Positions 28,921 through 37,701 of a stretch of 64,000 nt of DNA are shown here, one piece after another; position 1 is the stretch's first letter; every line of letters starts with the position of its first letter. The notes below the pieces were generated by a model, which had not been told where the DNA came from, did not search any database, and worked only from the letters and a program-made list of their open reading frames with translations. A program made the position numbers and the translations under genes. This DNA is from Spirochaetia bacterium (GTDB lineage: Bacteria; Spirochaetota; Spirochaetia; SZUA-6; Bin103), in assembly GCA_965199955.1 (NCBI GenBank), contig CBDATQ010000001.1, positions 704,001 to 768,000 on the forward strand, read 5' to 3'.

Positions 28921-30081
28921 ATGCCTGCCAGGACCGATTCGGCCAGGATTGGCCCGACGAAGACTGGCGCCGCGCCGGTCGCCGCGCCCGGCTGGACCGC
29001 TCAGGAACCGCCCTTTCGCATCGTCGACTGCGACGTCCACCACAGCTTCGAGTCTCCCGAGCAGCTCCTGCCCTACCTGTCGAAGGCCGACCGCGAGCAT
29101 CTGATCGACCAGGGGATGCACATCGGCGGCACCCCCTACCCGAATGTCCCGTTTCGCACCACGCGGCCCGACCTCAAGGAGCCCGAGCTCAAGCGCCGCG
29201 ACTTCAACTTCACCCTGGAGTTCACGCAGCGGGAACTGCTGGACCGCTGGAACATCGACGTCGCGCTTCTGACCGGATCGCCGTCCGACATCTACGGTGC
29301 GTGCGGCGTACCCGACCCGGACTGGGGGGCGGCGCTGTGCCGGGCGTTCAACGACTACACCATCGAGCACTGGCTGGAAAAGGACGACCGCGTCGTGCAC
29401 GCGATCCTGGTGGCAGCGACCGATCCGGCGCAGGCGGTCGCCGAGATCAGGCGCCTGGCTCCCCGCAGGGACACGGTAGCCGTGCACGTTCCCCTGAACA
29501 CGGCGCGGCCGTTCGGGAACCGCTGCCACGATCCCATCTGGGAGGCGTGCGCCGAGCACGACCTGCCGGTCGTCGCCCACATCGGCGGTGGCGGTCCGGG
29601 CAACACGCCGACGCCGGTCGGCTACCCGACCTACTACGTGGAGACTCGCCTGGCACGCCAGTCGGTGGCCATGGCCCAGGCGGCCTCGCTGATCGTCGAG
29701 GGCGTGTTCGAGAAGTTCCCGGCCCTCACGTTCGGCATGATCGAGGTGCAGCAGATGTGGGCGGTCTCGCTCATGTGGCAGCTCGACTTCGACTGGAAGG
29801 CGATCGGCGACCAGACGCCGTGGTTGCAGCGGCTGCCCAGCGAGTACTTCCGCGAGCACATCCGCGTGGGCACGCAGCCCATGCACGAGCCGGGAACTCC
29901 TGAGCACCTGCTGCCGTCCCTGGAGATGCTGCACGCCGAGGAGACGCTCATCTTCTGCAGCGACTTCCCCCACTTCGACCAGAACGACCCGGTCACGGCG
30001 CTGCCGGGCATATCCGACCACCTGCGACGCCGCATCTTCTCGGACAACGCCTTGGAGATGCTGCGCCTGCCCGGCTCGTGA
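28921..30081 (+). CDS. Amidohydrolase_2 family protein
   Basis: DCDVH, GVFEKFP, SDFPH; GGAGG RBS. Confidence 0.88.
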   Translation: MPARTDSARIGPTKTGAAPVAAPGWTAQEPPFRIVDCDVHHSFESPEQLLPYLSKADREHLIDQGMHIGGTPYPNVPFRTTRPDLKEPELKRRDFNFTLEFTQRELLDRWNIDVALLTGSPSDIYGACGVPDPDWGAALCRAFNDYTIEHWLEKDDRVVHAILVAATDPAQAVAEIRRLAPRRDTVAVHVPLNTARPFGNRCHDPIWEACAEHDLPVVAHIGGGGPGNTPTPVGYPTYYVETRLARQSVAMAQAASLIVEGVFEKFPALTFGMIEVQQMWAVSLMWQLDFDWKAIGDQTPWLQRLPSEYFREHIRVGTQPMHEPGTPEHLLPSLEMLHAEETLIFCSDFPHFDQNDPVTALPGISDHLRRRIFSDNALEMLRLPGS

Positions 30082-30485
30082 GCGACCGCCGCGGGCGGGC
30101 GATGCGCCGCGTGGTCGTCGGCACGGTCGCGGAGATACCGGCGGGCGGGCGCAAGATCGTCGTGCCGTTCCGCGGGCGCGCCGGCATCGGTGTTTTCAAC
30201 GTGGGCGGCCGCTTCCACGCGCTGCGCAACATCTGTCCGCACAAGCTCGGACCGCTCTGCACCGGGCGCGTGAGCGGCCAGCCGGTCGCCGACCGGCCGC
30301 CGTCGAGCGCCGGCGCCACGCTCACGATCGACCGCGACGGCGAGATCCTCCGCTGCCCTTGGCACAACTGGGCGTTCGACATCACCGACGGCCGCTGCCT
30401 GACCGACGCCGCGGTGCGGGTGAAGACCTATCCCGTGGCGGTCGACGGCGACGACGTCGTGGTCGAGTACGCCGAGGACTCCTGA
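30078..30485 (+). CDS. Rieske [2Fe-2S] ferredoxin
   Basis: CPHKLGPL and CPWHNW; alternative start at 30102. Confidence 0.9.
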   Translation: MSDRRGRAMRRVVVGTVAEIPAGGRKIVVPFRGRAGIGVFNVGGRFHALRNICPHKLGPLCTGRVSGQPVADRPPSSAGATLTIDRDGEILRCPWHNWAFDITDGRCLTDAAVRVKTYPVAVDGDDVVVEYAEDS

Positions 30486-30494
30486 TCCGCCACC

Positions 30495-32741
30495 ATGCGC
30501 GCCATTCCCTTCAACGTCGCCGAGGCGGTGTTCGAGCCGTTCTGGGACCCGCAGCTCAGCCGACTGTCCGAGTGGCAGGTCGCGGACGGCAGCCGGCACG
30601 GTCTGGAGGTCCGCCAGTTCTGGTGCTGGGTGGAGTTCTCCTGGACCAGATCGCCGCGCTCGGGCCCGGCCCTGTCGATGCAGCGTTCGCTGGACCTGGA
30701 CTGCCGCGGTTATGACCGGCTGCTGTTCTCGCTGGTGGCTCCAGAGGGCGGCGAGGTGGCAATCGCGGTCGACACCGATGCGGGCGAGCGGCGTTGCCGG
30801 GAGCGGGCGCCGGCGCTCAAGCGGGAGTACGGCGTCGAGCTGGACGGAGCGGTCCACATCCGGGCTGTCCGGTTGGAGGTCACGGCTCCGCCGGACGGCG
30901 GCGCGGGCGCGGGATGGCTCAACTGGGTCGGGCTCCAGAACCGGGATCTGCTTGCGCGCCACCTCGCTTCTCACCGCGACCGCACGGAGGCCATGGAGCA
31001 CCTGCTGCGGCCCAGCTCCGTGCGGCCGCGCATGCAGCCGTCGCTGGAGGTGGTGATCACCGCGGACGAGCTGGCGGCGGCGCGCAGGGTCCACGCTGCC
31101 ATGGTCGCCCGCGGCGAGCGCTCGCCGTTCGCGGAGGCAGCGGCGCGGGCACTCGCCACCGATCCGGCGGACCTGGTCAACGACGTGATCTTGACGGCGC
31201 CGGACACCCGATACGGGCGCGAGCGCGAGCACGGCGTGGCGTGCATCGGGCAGGCCGTCGCGGCGCTGCAGGCGGCGGTGGTCCTGGAGGACGCGGAGCT
31301 GCTTCGCCGCGGTACCGAGTTCGCGCTGGCGGCGGCGCTGACGCCGGTGTGGGACTGGGGCTTCATCTCGCGCTTTCCCGGCAGCGCGTTCGAGAGCCGC
31401 GCCTTCCTGCAGGGGTTGACCAGCTCGGACCTGGTCCACGCGCTCGATCTGGCCGACGACGTCCTGACCGAAGCGGGACGGGCGCTGCTGCGGCGGCGCC
31501 TGGCGGAGGACGGCATCGGCGCCGTCAACTTCTCAGCGTGGCGGCACGAGTACATCCATCACTGCAACCAGTTGGCACTGTTCTCCACCGGCCGGCTGGC
31601 CGCCTACGGGGCGCTGCGGCGGGACTGGCCCCGCGTCGCGCCGTATCAGGAGCTGGCATACCGCGAGCTGTCAGTGAGCCTGGAGGACATCATTCTCTCC
31701 GACGGCGGCTTCGTGGAGGGGCCGAACTACTTCGCCGGCACCATGGCGCGGGCCCTCACCGCGCTGGCCCACCACAGCCGGTCGCTCGGCGAGCCTCCGC
31801 ACGCCCACCTGCCGCCCGCGCTGGCACGCAGCGACGCGCTGGCGGCCGCACTGGTCTCCACGGACCAGGACACGGACGTGATCCCGATCTGCGACGCCCG
31901 CGCCGTGCTGGAGAGCGAGTGGCTGGCACTGCTGGCCGCCGCCCGGCCGAAGAGCGGGTGGGTGACCGCCTACCGAAGCGCCGAACGGCGCCCCGGGTTC
32001 GCGCTCACCTCGCTGCCGGCGATGGCGCAGGCGGAACGGATTCCGGCACAGGCCGCGCCGGCGCCGGCGCTGGTGGTGCTGCCGGAGATGGGCATCGTCG
32101 CCTCCCACCGCCCGCTGCACGGCCACACGGTCAAGCTGCTGGTCATGGGCAATCGAGCGCGTGCCGGCCACACCCACGAGGACAAGGGCAGCTTCGTGCT
32201 GGAGTTCGCGGGCCAGACCTTCGCTCTGGACCCGGGCACCTGCGATTACTCCAATCCGCTCGCCGGGCTCCTCAAGCACTGCGAGCGGCACTCCATGCTG
32301 GTACCCGCCGGCACCGATGCGCGCCCGCACCCCGAGTGCCCGATCCCGGCCGACGTGAAGCCGCGAGCCGCAGGGGACGACCGGCGCTTCGCCGCCGAAA
32401 TCGACCTGAGCCCCGGCTGGGAAGGCTGGTACCGGCACTGGCGGCGACGTTGGTCGTCGCCGGAGCCGGCGGTCCTCACGATCCGCGACGACTACGAGCT
32501 TGCCGCCGGCACCGGCGTCGAGTGGTACTGGCAGACCGCGTTGCCGGTGACCGTGGACGGGCAGCAGATCGTGATCACCGGCCGGCGCGGTCGTATGCGG
32601 CTCGAGGTGCCGCCGGCGGCGCGTATCCGAGTAGACGAGCTGCCGCTGCCGGACGGCGCCGTGCAGCGCCGCATCGTGCTGGCCATCGAAGGCACGTCCG
32701 GCACCGTCGAGGTCACCGCTCACCTGGAGCAGTTTCCGTAG
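30495..32741 (+). CDS. Heparinase II/III-like polysaccharide lyase
   Basis: DGGFVEGPNY, GHTHEDKGSF, DPGTCDY, HS motif. Confidence 0.75.
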   Translation: MRAIPFNVAEAVFEPFWDPQLSRLSEWQVADGSRHGLEVRQFWCWVEFSWTRSPRSGPALSMQRSLDLDCRGYDRLLFSLVAPEGGEVAIAVDTDAGERRCRERAPALKREYGVELDGAVHIRAVRLEVTAPPDGGAGAGWLNWVGLQNRDLLARHLASHRDRTEAMEHLLRPSSVRPRMQPSLEVVITADELAAARRVHAAMVARGERSPFAEAAARALATDPADLVNDVILTAPDTRYGREREHGVACIGQAVAALQAAVVLEDAELLRRGTEFALAAALTPVWDWGFISRFPGSAFESRAFLQGLTSSDLVHALDLADDVLTEAGRALLRRRLAEDGIGAVNFSAWRHEYIHHCNQLALFSTGRLAAYGALRRDWPRVAPYQELAYRELSVSLEDIILSDGGFVEGPNYFAGTMARALTALAHHSRSLGEPPHAHLPPALARSDALAAALVSTDQDTDVIPICDARAVLESEWLALLAAARPKSGWVTAYRSAERRPGFALTSLPAMAQAERIPAQAAPAPALVVLPEMGIVASHRPLHGHTVKLLVMGNRARAGHTHEDKGSFVLEFAGQTFALDPGTCDYSNPLAGLLKHCERHSMLVPAGTDARPHPECPIPADVKPRAAGDDRRFAAEIDLSPGWEGWYRHWRRRWSSPEPAVLTIRDDYELAAGTGVEWYWQTALPVTVDGQQIVITGRRGRMRLEVPPAARIRVDELPLPDGAVQRRIVLAIEGTSGTVEVTAHLEQFP

Positions 32742-32808
32742 GCTGGCGCCGAACGTATCCGGTTCCGCCTTCGTGCAACACTCGATTGACGGGCTGGTGG
32801 GGAACGAG

Positions 32809-32920
32809 GTGACCGAGTCGCTTCGGTATGGAGTCGTAGGTGTCGGCGACATGGGGCGCGAGCACCTGCGGAACATCACGGCAGTTCCCGGCGGCGAAGT
32901 GGTGGCGGTCGCGGAACCCG
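32809..32920 (+). pseudogene. N-terminal fragment of a Gfo/Idh/MocA oxidoreductase
   Basis: LRYGVVGVGDMGREHLRNITAVPGGEVVAVAEP, then similarity stops abruptly. Confidence 0.7.
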
Positions 32921-33084
32921 CACGAGGCCTCGATCGACCAGGCCCTTCGAGTCGCTCCAGGTGCGCGCGTGTTTGCCGCGGTCGAGGATCTGATGGGATT
33001 CGCACGGAGGTGATGGAGATACTCGAGGACCGTGAGGAGGAAGCCGTCCGCTCCGCTTGAGATAGCGGTTCCAGCCAGACAGAG

Positions 33085-33110
33085 AGGGCGCGGCCTTGCG
33101 ACCGCGCCCT
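33085..33110 (-). terminator. Hairpin downstream of the ABC operon
   Basis: AGGGCGCGG-8 nt-CCGCGCCCT, 24 nt past the stop codon. Confidence 0.55.
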
Positions 33111-33134
33111 GCGTTTCGAGTCGACCTCGGAGTG

Positions 33135-34736
33135 CTACTGGAACTTGAGGTTGATCTCGTTCATGCGGTCCTGGACGATGCGGAGGTCGCCGCCTTCCTC
33201 CCAGCGCGCCATCCACTCGTCGAACGCGGACAGGTCCTTGGCGCCGGTGATCAGCTCGACGAACAGGACGTTCATCTGGCCGCTGATGTCCATCTTCCGC
33301 CACAGGTCATCCCCGTTCTCGTCCGTGATCGGGAAGAACCGGTTGGTGGGAACCCGCCGGATGCTCACGTCGGAGTAGATGCCGTCCGGGTTCTTGTGGA
33401 AATCGTCCAGCGCGTTGATGACGCCGGGGTGCTGCCAGTTCGCCGTGTGCGGCGTGTAGCTGTACAGCGCGCCCCAGAAGTAGCCGGCGCCGATCTGCTT
33501 GGCGGCGTCGATGCCGATGAACTCCGGCTTCCGCTCCGGGAATCCGAACTCGTTGATCTCCCAGTGCGTGCCCTCGATGCCCAGGTTGGTCAGCGTGTTG
33601 TACGCCTCGTCCGTGTTCATCTTGTCCATGATCTGCATGATGAGGTGCAGGTCGTCCGGTCGTGACTCCAGGTGCCGGCCGAAGCCGTAGGAGCCGCCGT
33701 GGAATGGGTTCCAGACGTAGCGCGCGGGCCGCACGTCGTCGAAGAAGCGCGGGAACGGTCCCATCTTGACCTGCGCCTCAGGCACCACCTTGCGGATCCA
33801 GTTGCCCTCCGTGCCGGGGCGGTCCAGCGAGTCGTCCCATGAGCCGTAGCCGATCCACTCCTTGACGATGGTCTCCCCATTGCGGAACAGGTTGACGTTG
33901 GTGCCGGAGTCGATGGTCGGGAACTCCGGATCGATGTAGCCCTTCTCGAACCAGTCGCGCGCCACCTCGTAGCCCAGCTTCATCTCCGGCTGGTTGAAGC
34001 CGTGCACGAGCACGCCGTCGCGTACGTTCCAGCGCCACTGCGCCCAGCCGGTGCCGTCGAAGATCATCGGGAAGCACTGCCAGGTCAGCCCCTTCGCGGG
34101 ACAGGAGTAGGGATAATCGTTCGGATTCGCCGACTTGTAGGCCGCGAAGACCGCCTCGATCTCTTCGAACGTGCCGGGCACGTCTTCAAAGCCCAGGCTC
34201 TCCAGCACGTCCAGGCGCCAGGCGATGCCGTGCGGGAACTGGCCGCCGAACCAGACGTTCGGGATCTGCACCAGCTTGCCGTCGCGGTGGAAGCGGTCCC
34301 AGGTGCCCTGCTCATTGAGGCCGACCACCTTCATCACGTCCACCAGCGCCTGGTAGATGCCCGGCATGTACTCCTGAACGTCCTCCAGCGTGAAGCGGGC
34401 CGTGCCCTGCTTCATGATCTCCTCGTTCCACCAGACCGGGAACACGTCCGGCATGTCGCCCGATGCCAGCAGCAGGTTGAGCTTCTCGGTCACCTCGCTG
34501 TCGGCGTCCACGCCTTCCGGCAGGATGGTAACCTTGCGGCCCAGGTCGCGCTCGATCCACTCCTCGACGGTGGTGAACACCTCGGTGCGCTCCTCGGGCA
34601 CCTGGCGCAGGCCGAACCAGCGGATCTCCAGCGGCGCGTCTGCCGCTCCCTCGCCTTCGCCGGTGCCGAGCGCCAGCGCCGCGCTGCCGAACAACAGCAG
34701 CGCGCCGAGTATGACGGTAAGCGATTTCCTCATCAC
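33135..34736 (-). CDS. Carbohydrate ABC transporter substrate-binding protein (LplA-like)
   Basis: Signal peptide, KLNLLLASGDMPD, RLDVLE, GIEGTHW; GAGGAG RBS. Confidence 0.88.
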   Translation of the reverse strand: MMRKSLTVILGALLLFGSAALALGTGEGEGAADAPLEIRWFGLRQVPEERTEVFTTVEEWIERDLGRKVTILPEGVDADSEVTEKLNLLLASGDMPDVFPVWWNEEIMKQGTARFTLEDVQEYMPGIYQALVDVMKVVGLNEQGTWDRFHRDGKLVQIPNVWFGGQFPHGIAWRLDVLESLGFEDVPGTFEEIEAVFAAYKSANPNDYPYSCPAKGLTWQCFPMIFDGTGWAQWRWNVRDGVLVHGFNQPEMKLGYEVARDWFEKGYIDPEFPTIDSGTNVNLFRNGETIVKEWIGYGSWDDSLDRPGTEGNWIRKVVPEAQVKMGPFPRFFDDVRPARYVWNPFHGGSYGFGRHLESRPDDLHLIMQIMDKMNTDEAYNTLTNLGIEGTHWEINEFGFPERKPEFIGIDAAKQIGAGYFWGALYSYTPHTANWQHPGVINALDDFHKNPDGIYSDVSIRRVPTNRFFPITDENGDDLWRKMDISGQMNVLFVELITGAKDLSAFDEWMARWEEGGDLRIVQDRMNEINLKFQ

Positions 34737-34819
34737 TCACTCTCCTCGAAATAAAGTTGCCTGCCCTGCGACGCAGGGCTGCCCCGTGGGGCATCGACTT
34801 CCGTTGTGACCAGACGGGC

Positions 34820-35728
34820 TCATCCCTTCAGCGACCCCAGGATGATGCCCTTGACGAAGTACCGCTGCATGAAGGGGTACGTACAGAGTATCGGCACCGT
34901 CGACACCATCAGGATGGCGGCCTTGATGGTCTCCGGCGTGTACTGGCGCACCAGCTCCTCCTGGCGCTGGATCGCCTGCACGTCGGCTCCCAGGCCGGAG
35001 TAGGCGAAATTGCTCTCCAGCAGCACGCGCCGCAGCAGGATCTGCAGCACCTTGATCTTGGGACTGGTGATGTAGATGAGCGCGTCGAACCAGGAATTCC
35101 AGTGCAGGACCATCGTCCACAACGCCACGGTGGCGATGATCGGCATCGACAGCGGCACCACGATGCGCGCGAAGATGACCAGGTCGTTGGCGCCGTCGAT
35201 ACGGGCGCTCTCCTCCAACTCCTCGGGCAGCGCCATCAGGTAGTTGCGGGCGATGATCAGCGTGAACGGGTCGACCAGGATCGGCAGGATCAGCGACCAG
35301 ATCGAGTTGATCAGCCCCAGGGTTCGTACCAGGACGAAGAGGGGCACGATGCCGCCACTGAACAGCATCGTGATCAGCACGAAGATGGTCCAGAAGGTAC
35401 GCAACGGCAGGTAGCGCTTTGCCAGCGGATACCCCATCGACATGGTCGCCGCGACGGTGAACGCCGTCCCGAGCGCCGTGCGCAGGACGGTCCAGAAGTA
35501 GGCGTTGCCGATGGCCGGGGTCTGCAGGATGCGGCCATAGGAGGCCAGGCTCATGGCTCCCGGCCGTGGGAAGGCCTTGAAGCCGATCTTCATCGCCTCC
35601 TCGGCCGTGCTCAGCGACAGGGTGATCTGGCGCATGAAGGGGTACAGGATGGTGATGCAGAACAGCGCCATGAGGACGGCGTTGGTCGTGTCGAAGACCT
35701 TCTCGCCCAGCGGCTTCTGCAGCACCAT
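34820..35728 (-). CDS. Carbohydrate ABC permease (UgpE/MalG type), copy A
   Basis: EAA loop ELEESARIDGA, WNSWFD, YPFMQRYFVKG. Confidence 0.92.
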   Translation of the reverse strand: MVLQKPLGEKVFDTTNAVLMALFCITILYPFMRQITLSLSTAEEAMKIGFKAFPRPGAMSLASYGRILQTPAIGNAYFWTVLRTALGTAFTVAATMSMGYPLAKRYLPLRTFWTIFVLITMLFSGGIVPLFVLVRTLGLINSIWSLILPILVDPFTLIIARNYLMALPEELEESARIDGANDLVIFARIVVPLSMPIIATVALWTMVLHWNSWFDALIYITSPKIKVLQILLRRVLLESNFAYSGLGADVQAIQRQEELVRQYTPETIKAAILMVSTVPILCTYPFMQRYFVKGIILGSLKG

Positions 35729-35734
35729 CGCCGC

Positions 35735-36694
35735 CTACCAGAGGCCGTAGCCGGTGAAACGCCGCACGATCCGGTCGACGGCCAGCACGAGCACCAGGGC
35801 GATCACGTTCTTGGTCAGTCCCACGGCGGTGCCGAACTCGAACTCGAAGCCCTGCAGGCCGACGCGGTAGATGTAGGTGTCGATGATGTCGGCTGTCTCG
35901 TAGACCAGGGTGTTGTAGAGGTTGAAGATCTGGTCGAAGCCGGCGTTGAGGATCTGAGACATGCTCAGGATCAGCAGGATGGCGGTGACCGGCAGGATGC
36001 CGGGCAGGGTGATGGAGATCGCGCGCCGCCAGCGGCTCGCGCCGTCCACCACGGCCGCCTCGTAGAGCTCGGGATTGATGCTCGACATGGTGGCCAGGTA
36101 GATGATCGTGCCCCAGCCGACCTCCTTCCAGATGCCGGAGATGATCAGGATCGGGATGAACCAGGTCTGGCTGGTCAACAGCACCGTCGGCTCCATGTCG
36201 AGCAGGCGGACGATGAATCCGTAGATGCCGCGGCGCGACAGCAGCTCCGTGATCAGGCCGGCGACCACGACCCAGGACAGGAAGTGCGGCAGGTAGGAGA
36301 TGGTCTGCACCGTGCGCTTGAACTTGGTGTTGAAGATCTCGTTCAGCAGCAGCGCCAGGATGATCGGCATCGGGAAGCCGAAGATGATGCGCAGCGCGCT
36401 GATCTCGACCGTGTTCCAGAACACGCGGGCGACGTCCTGCCCCTCGAACAGGCGGCGGAAGTGCCTGAGTCCCGCCCAGGGGCTGAGCAGGATGCCCTGG
36501 TGGACGTCGTACTCCTTGAAGGCCAGCACGAGGCCGTAGATCGGGACGTATTTGAACACGACGAAGTAGGCGATGCCGGGCAGCATCAGCAGCATCAGGT
36601 AGCGGTGGCGGTACAGCTCCCGCATCAGGCTGGGCTTGCGATACTCGACAAGCTCGGCGGGGGCGGCTGCTGCTGCAGAAGGGCGATCGGCCAT
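35735..36694 (-). CDS. Carbohydrate ABC permease (LplB/MalF type)
   Basis: SYLPHFLSWVV, LYEAAVVDGA, DIIDTYIY. Confidence 0.92.
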   Translation of the reverse strand: MADRPSAAAAAPAELVEYRKPSLMRELYRHRYLMLLMLPGIAYFVVFKYVPIYGLVLAFKEYDVHQGILLSPWAGLRHFRRLFEGQDVARVFWNTVEISALRIIFGFPMPIILALLLNEIFNTKFKRTVQTISYLPHFLSWVVVAGLITELLSRRGIYGFIVRLLDMEPTVLLTSQTWFIPILIISGIWKEVGWGTIIYLATMSSINPELYEAAVVDGASRWRRAISITLPGILPVTAILLILSMSQILNAGFDQIFNLYNTLVYETADIIDTYIYRVGLQGFEFEFGTAVGLTKNVIALVLVLAVDRIVRRFTGYGLW

Positions 36695-36711
36695 GCGGAA
36701 ACCCCCTGATT

Positions 36712-37653
36712 CTAACCCTTCAGCGCCCCGATGAGGGCGCCCTTGACGAAATACTTCTGCATGAACGGGTAGGCGAGCAGGATCGGTATCGTCGTCACCA
36801 GCAGTATGGCGGCCTTGATGGTCTCCGGCGTGTATTCGCGCAGCAGCCGCTCCTGCGCCATCATCTGTGCCGCGGTCTCCGTGGTGCCGAGCCCGGCGTA
36901 GCTGAAGTCGCTCTCCAGGAGCACGCGGCGGAGCAACTGCTGCAGCACCTTGATGCGCGGATCGGTGATGTAGATCAGGGCGTCGAACCACGCGTTCCAG
37001 TGTTCGACGATGGTCCAGAGCGCCACCACCGCGAACACGGGCTTTGCCATCGGCATGACGATGCGGAAGAACACCAGCAGCTCGCCGGCGCCGTCGATGC
37101 GGGCGCTCTCCTCCAGGTCCTCCGGCAGGGTCAGCATGTAGCTGCGCATGACGATCAGGGCAAAGGCTGAAATCAGCCCGGGCAGCACCAGCGCCATCAG
37201 CGTGTTGATCAGCCCCAGGCTCCGCACCAGGAGGTAGGTGGGGATCAGCCCGCCGGAGAAGAACATGGTCGCGAACACGAATATGGTCCAGAAGCGGCGC
37301 ATCGGCAGATACCGCTTGGCAAGCGGGTAAGCCATCAGGCCGGTCACCAGCAGCGTGAGGGTGGTGCCGACGCCGGTTCGTGCGAGCGTCCAGAAGTAGG
37401 CGCGGGCGATGGAGTCGGTCTGGAAGATACGCTCGTACGAGGCTAGGGTGACCTTCTGGAAGTTGGGAATGATGTGGGCGCCGAACCTCAGCGCCTCTTC
37501 CGCGGTGCTGAGCGAGATGGTGATCTGGCGCATGAACGGCAGCAGGATGGACACCGACAGCAGGATCAGGAACAGGTGGTTGGCGACGTCGAAGATCCTG
37601 CCGCCGGCCCCGGTCGTGCGCAGGGCGGGGCTCCGCCCTTCGCTCTCAGGCAT
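36712..37653 (-). CDS. Carbohydrate ABC permease (UgpE/MalG type), copy B
   Basis: DLEESARIDGA, WNAWFD. ATG 37653 preferred because TATGCT lies 7 nt upstream. Confidence 0.92.
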   Translation of the reverse strand: MPESEGRSPALRTTGAGGRIFDVANHLFLILLSVSILLPFMRQITISLSTAEEALRFGAHIIPNFQKVTLASYERIFQTDSIARAYFWTLARTGVGTTLTLLVTGLMAYPLAKRYLPMRRFWTIFVFATMFFSGGLIPTYLLVRSLGLINTLMALVLPGLISAFALIVMRSYMLTLPEDLEESARIDGAGELLVFFRIVMPMAKPVFAVVALWTIVEHWNAWFDALIYITDPRIKVLQQLLRRVLLESDFSYAGLGTTETAAQMMAQERLLREYTPETIKAAILLVTTIPILLAYPFMQKYFVKGALIGALKG

Positions 37654-37701
37654 CCCGGCGAGCATAGCCGATGCGACGATCTCTACCTACACTGAGCCGT
37701 C

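Noticed and set aside
34763..34792. Two small hairpins between the permease and binding-protein genes
   Set aside because: Short GC stems typical of intra-operon mRNA stabilisers; no evidence for a distinct RNA element.
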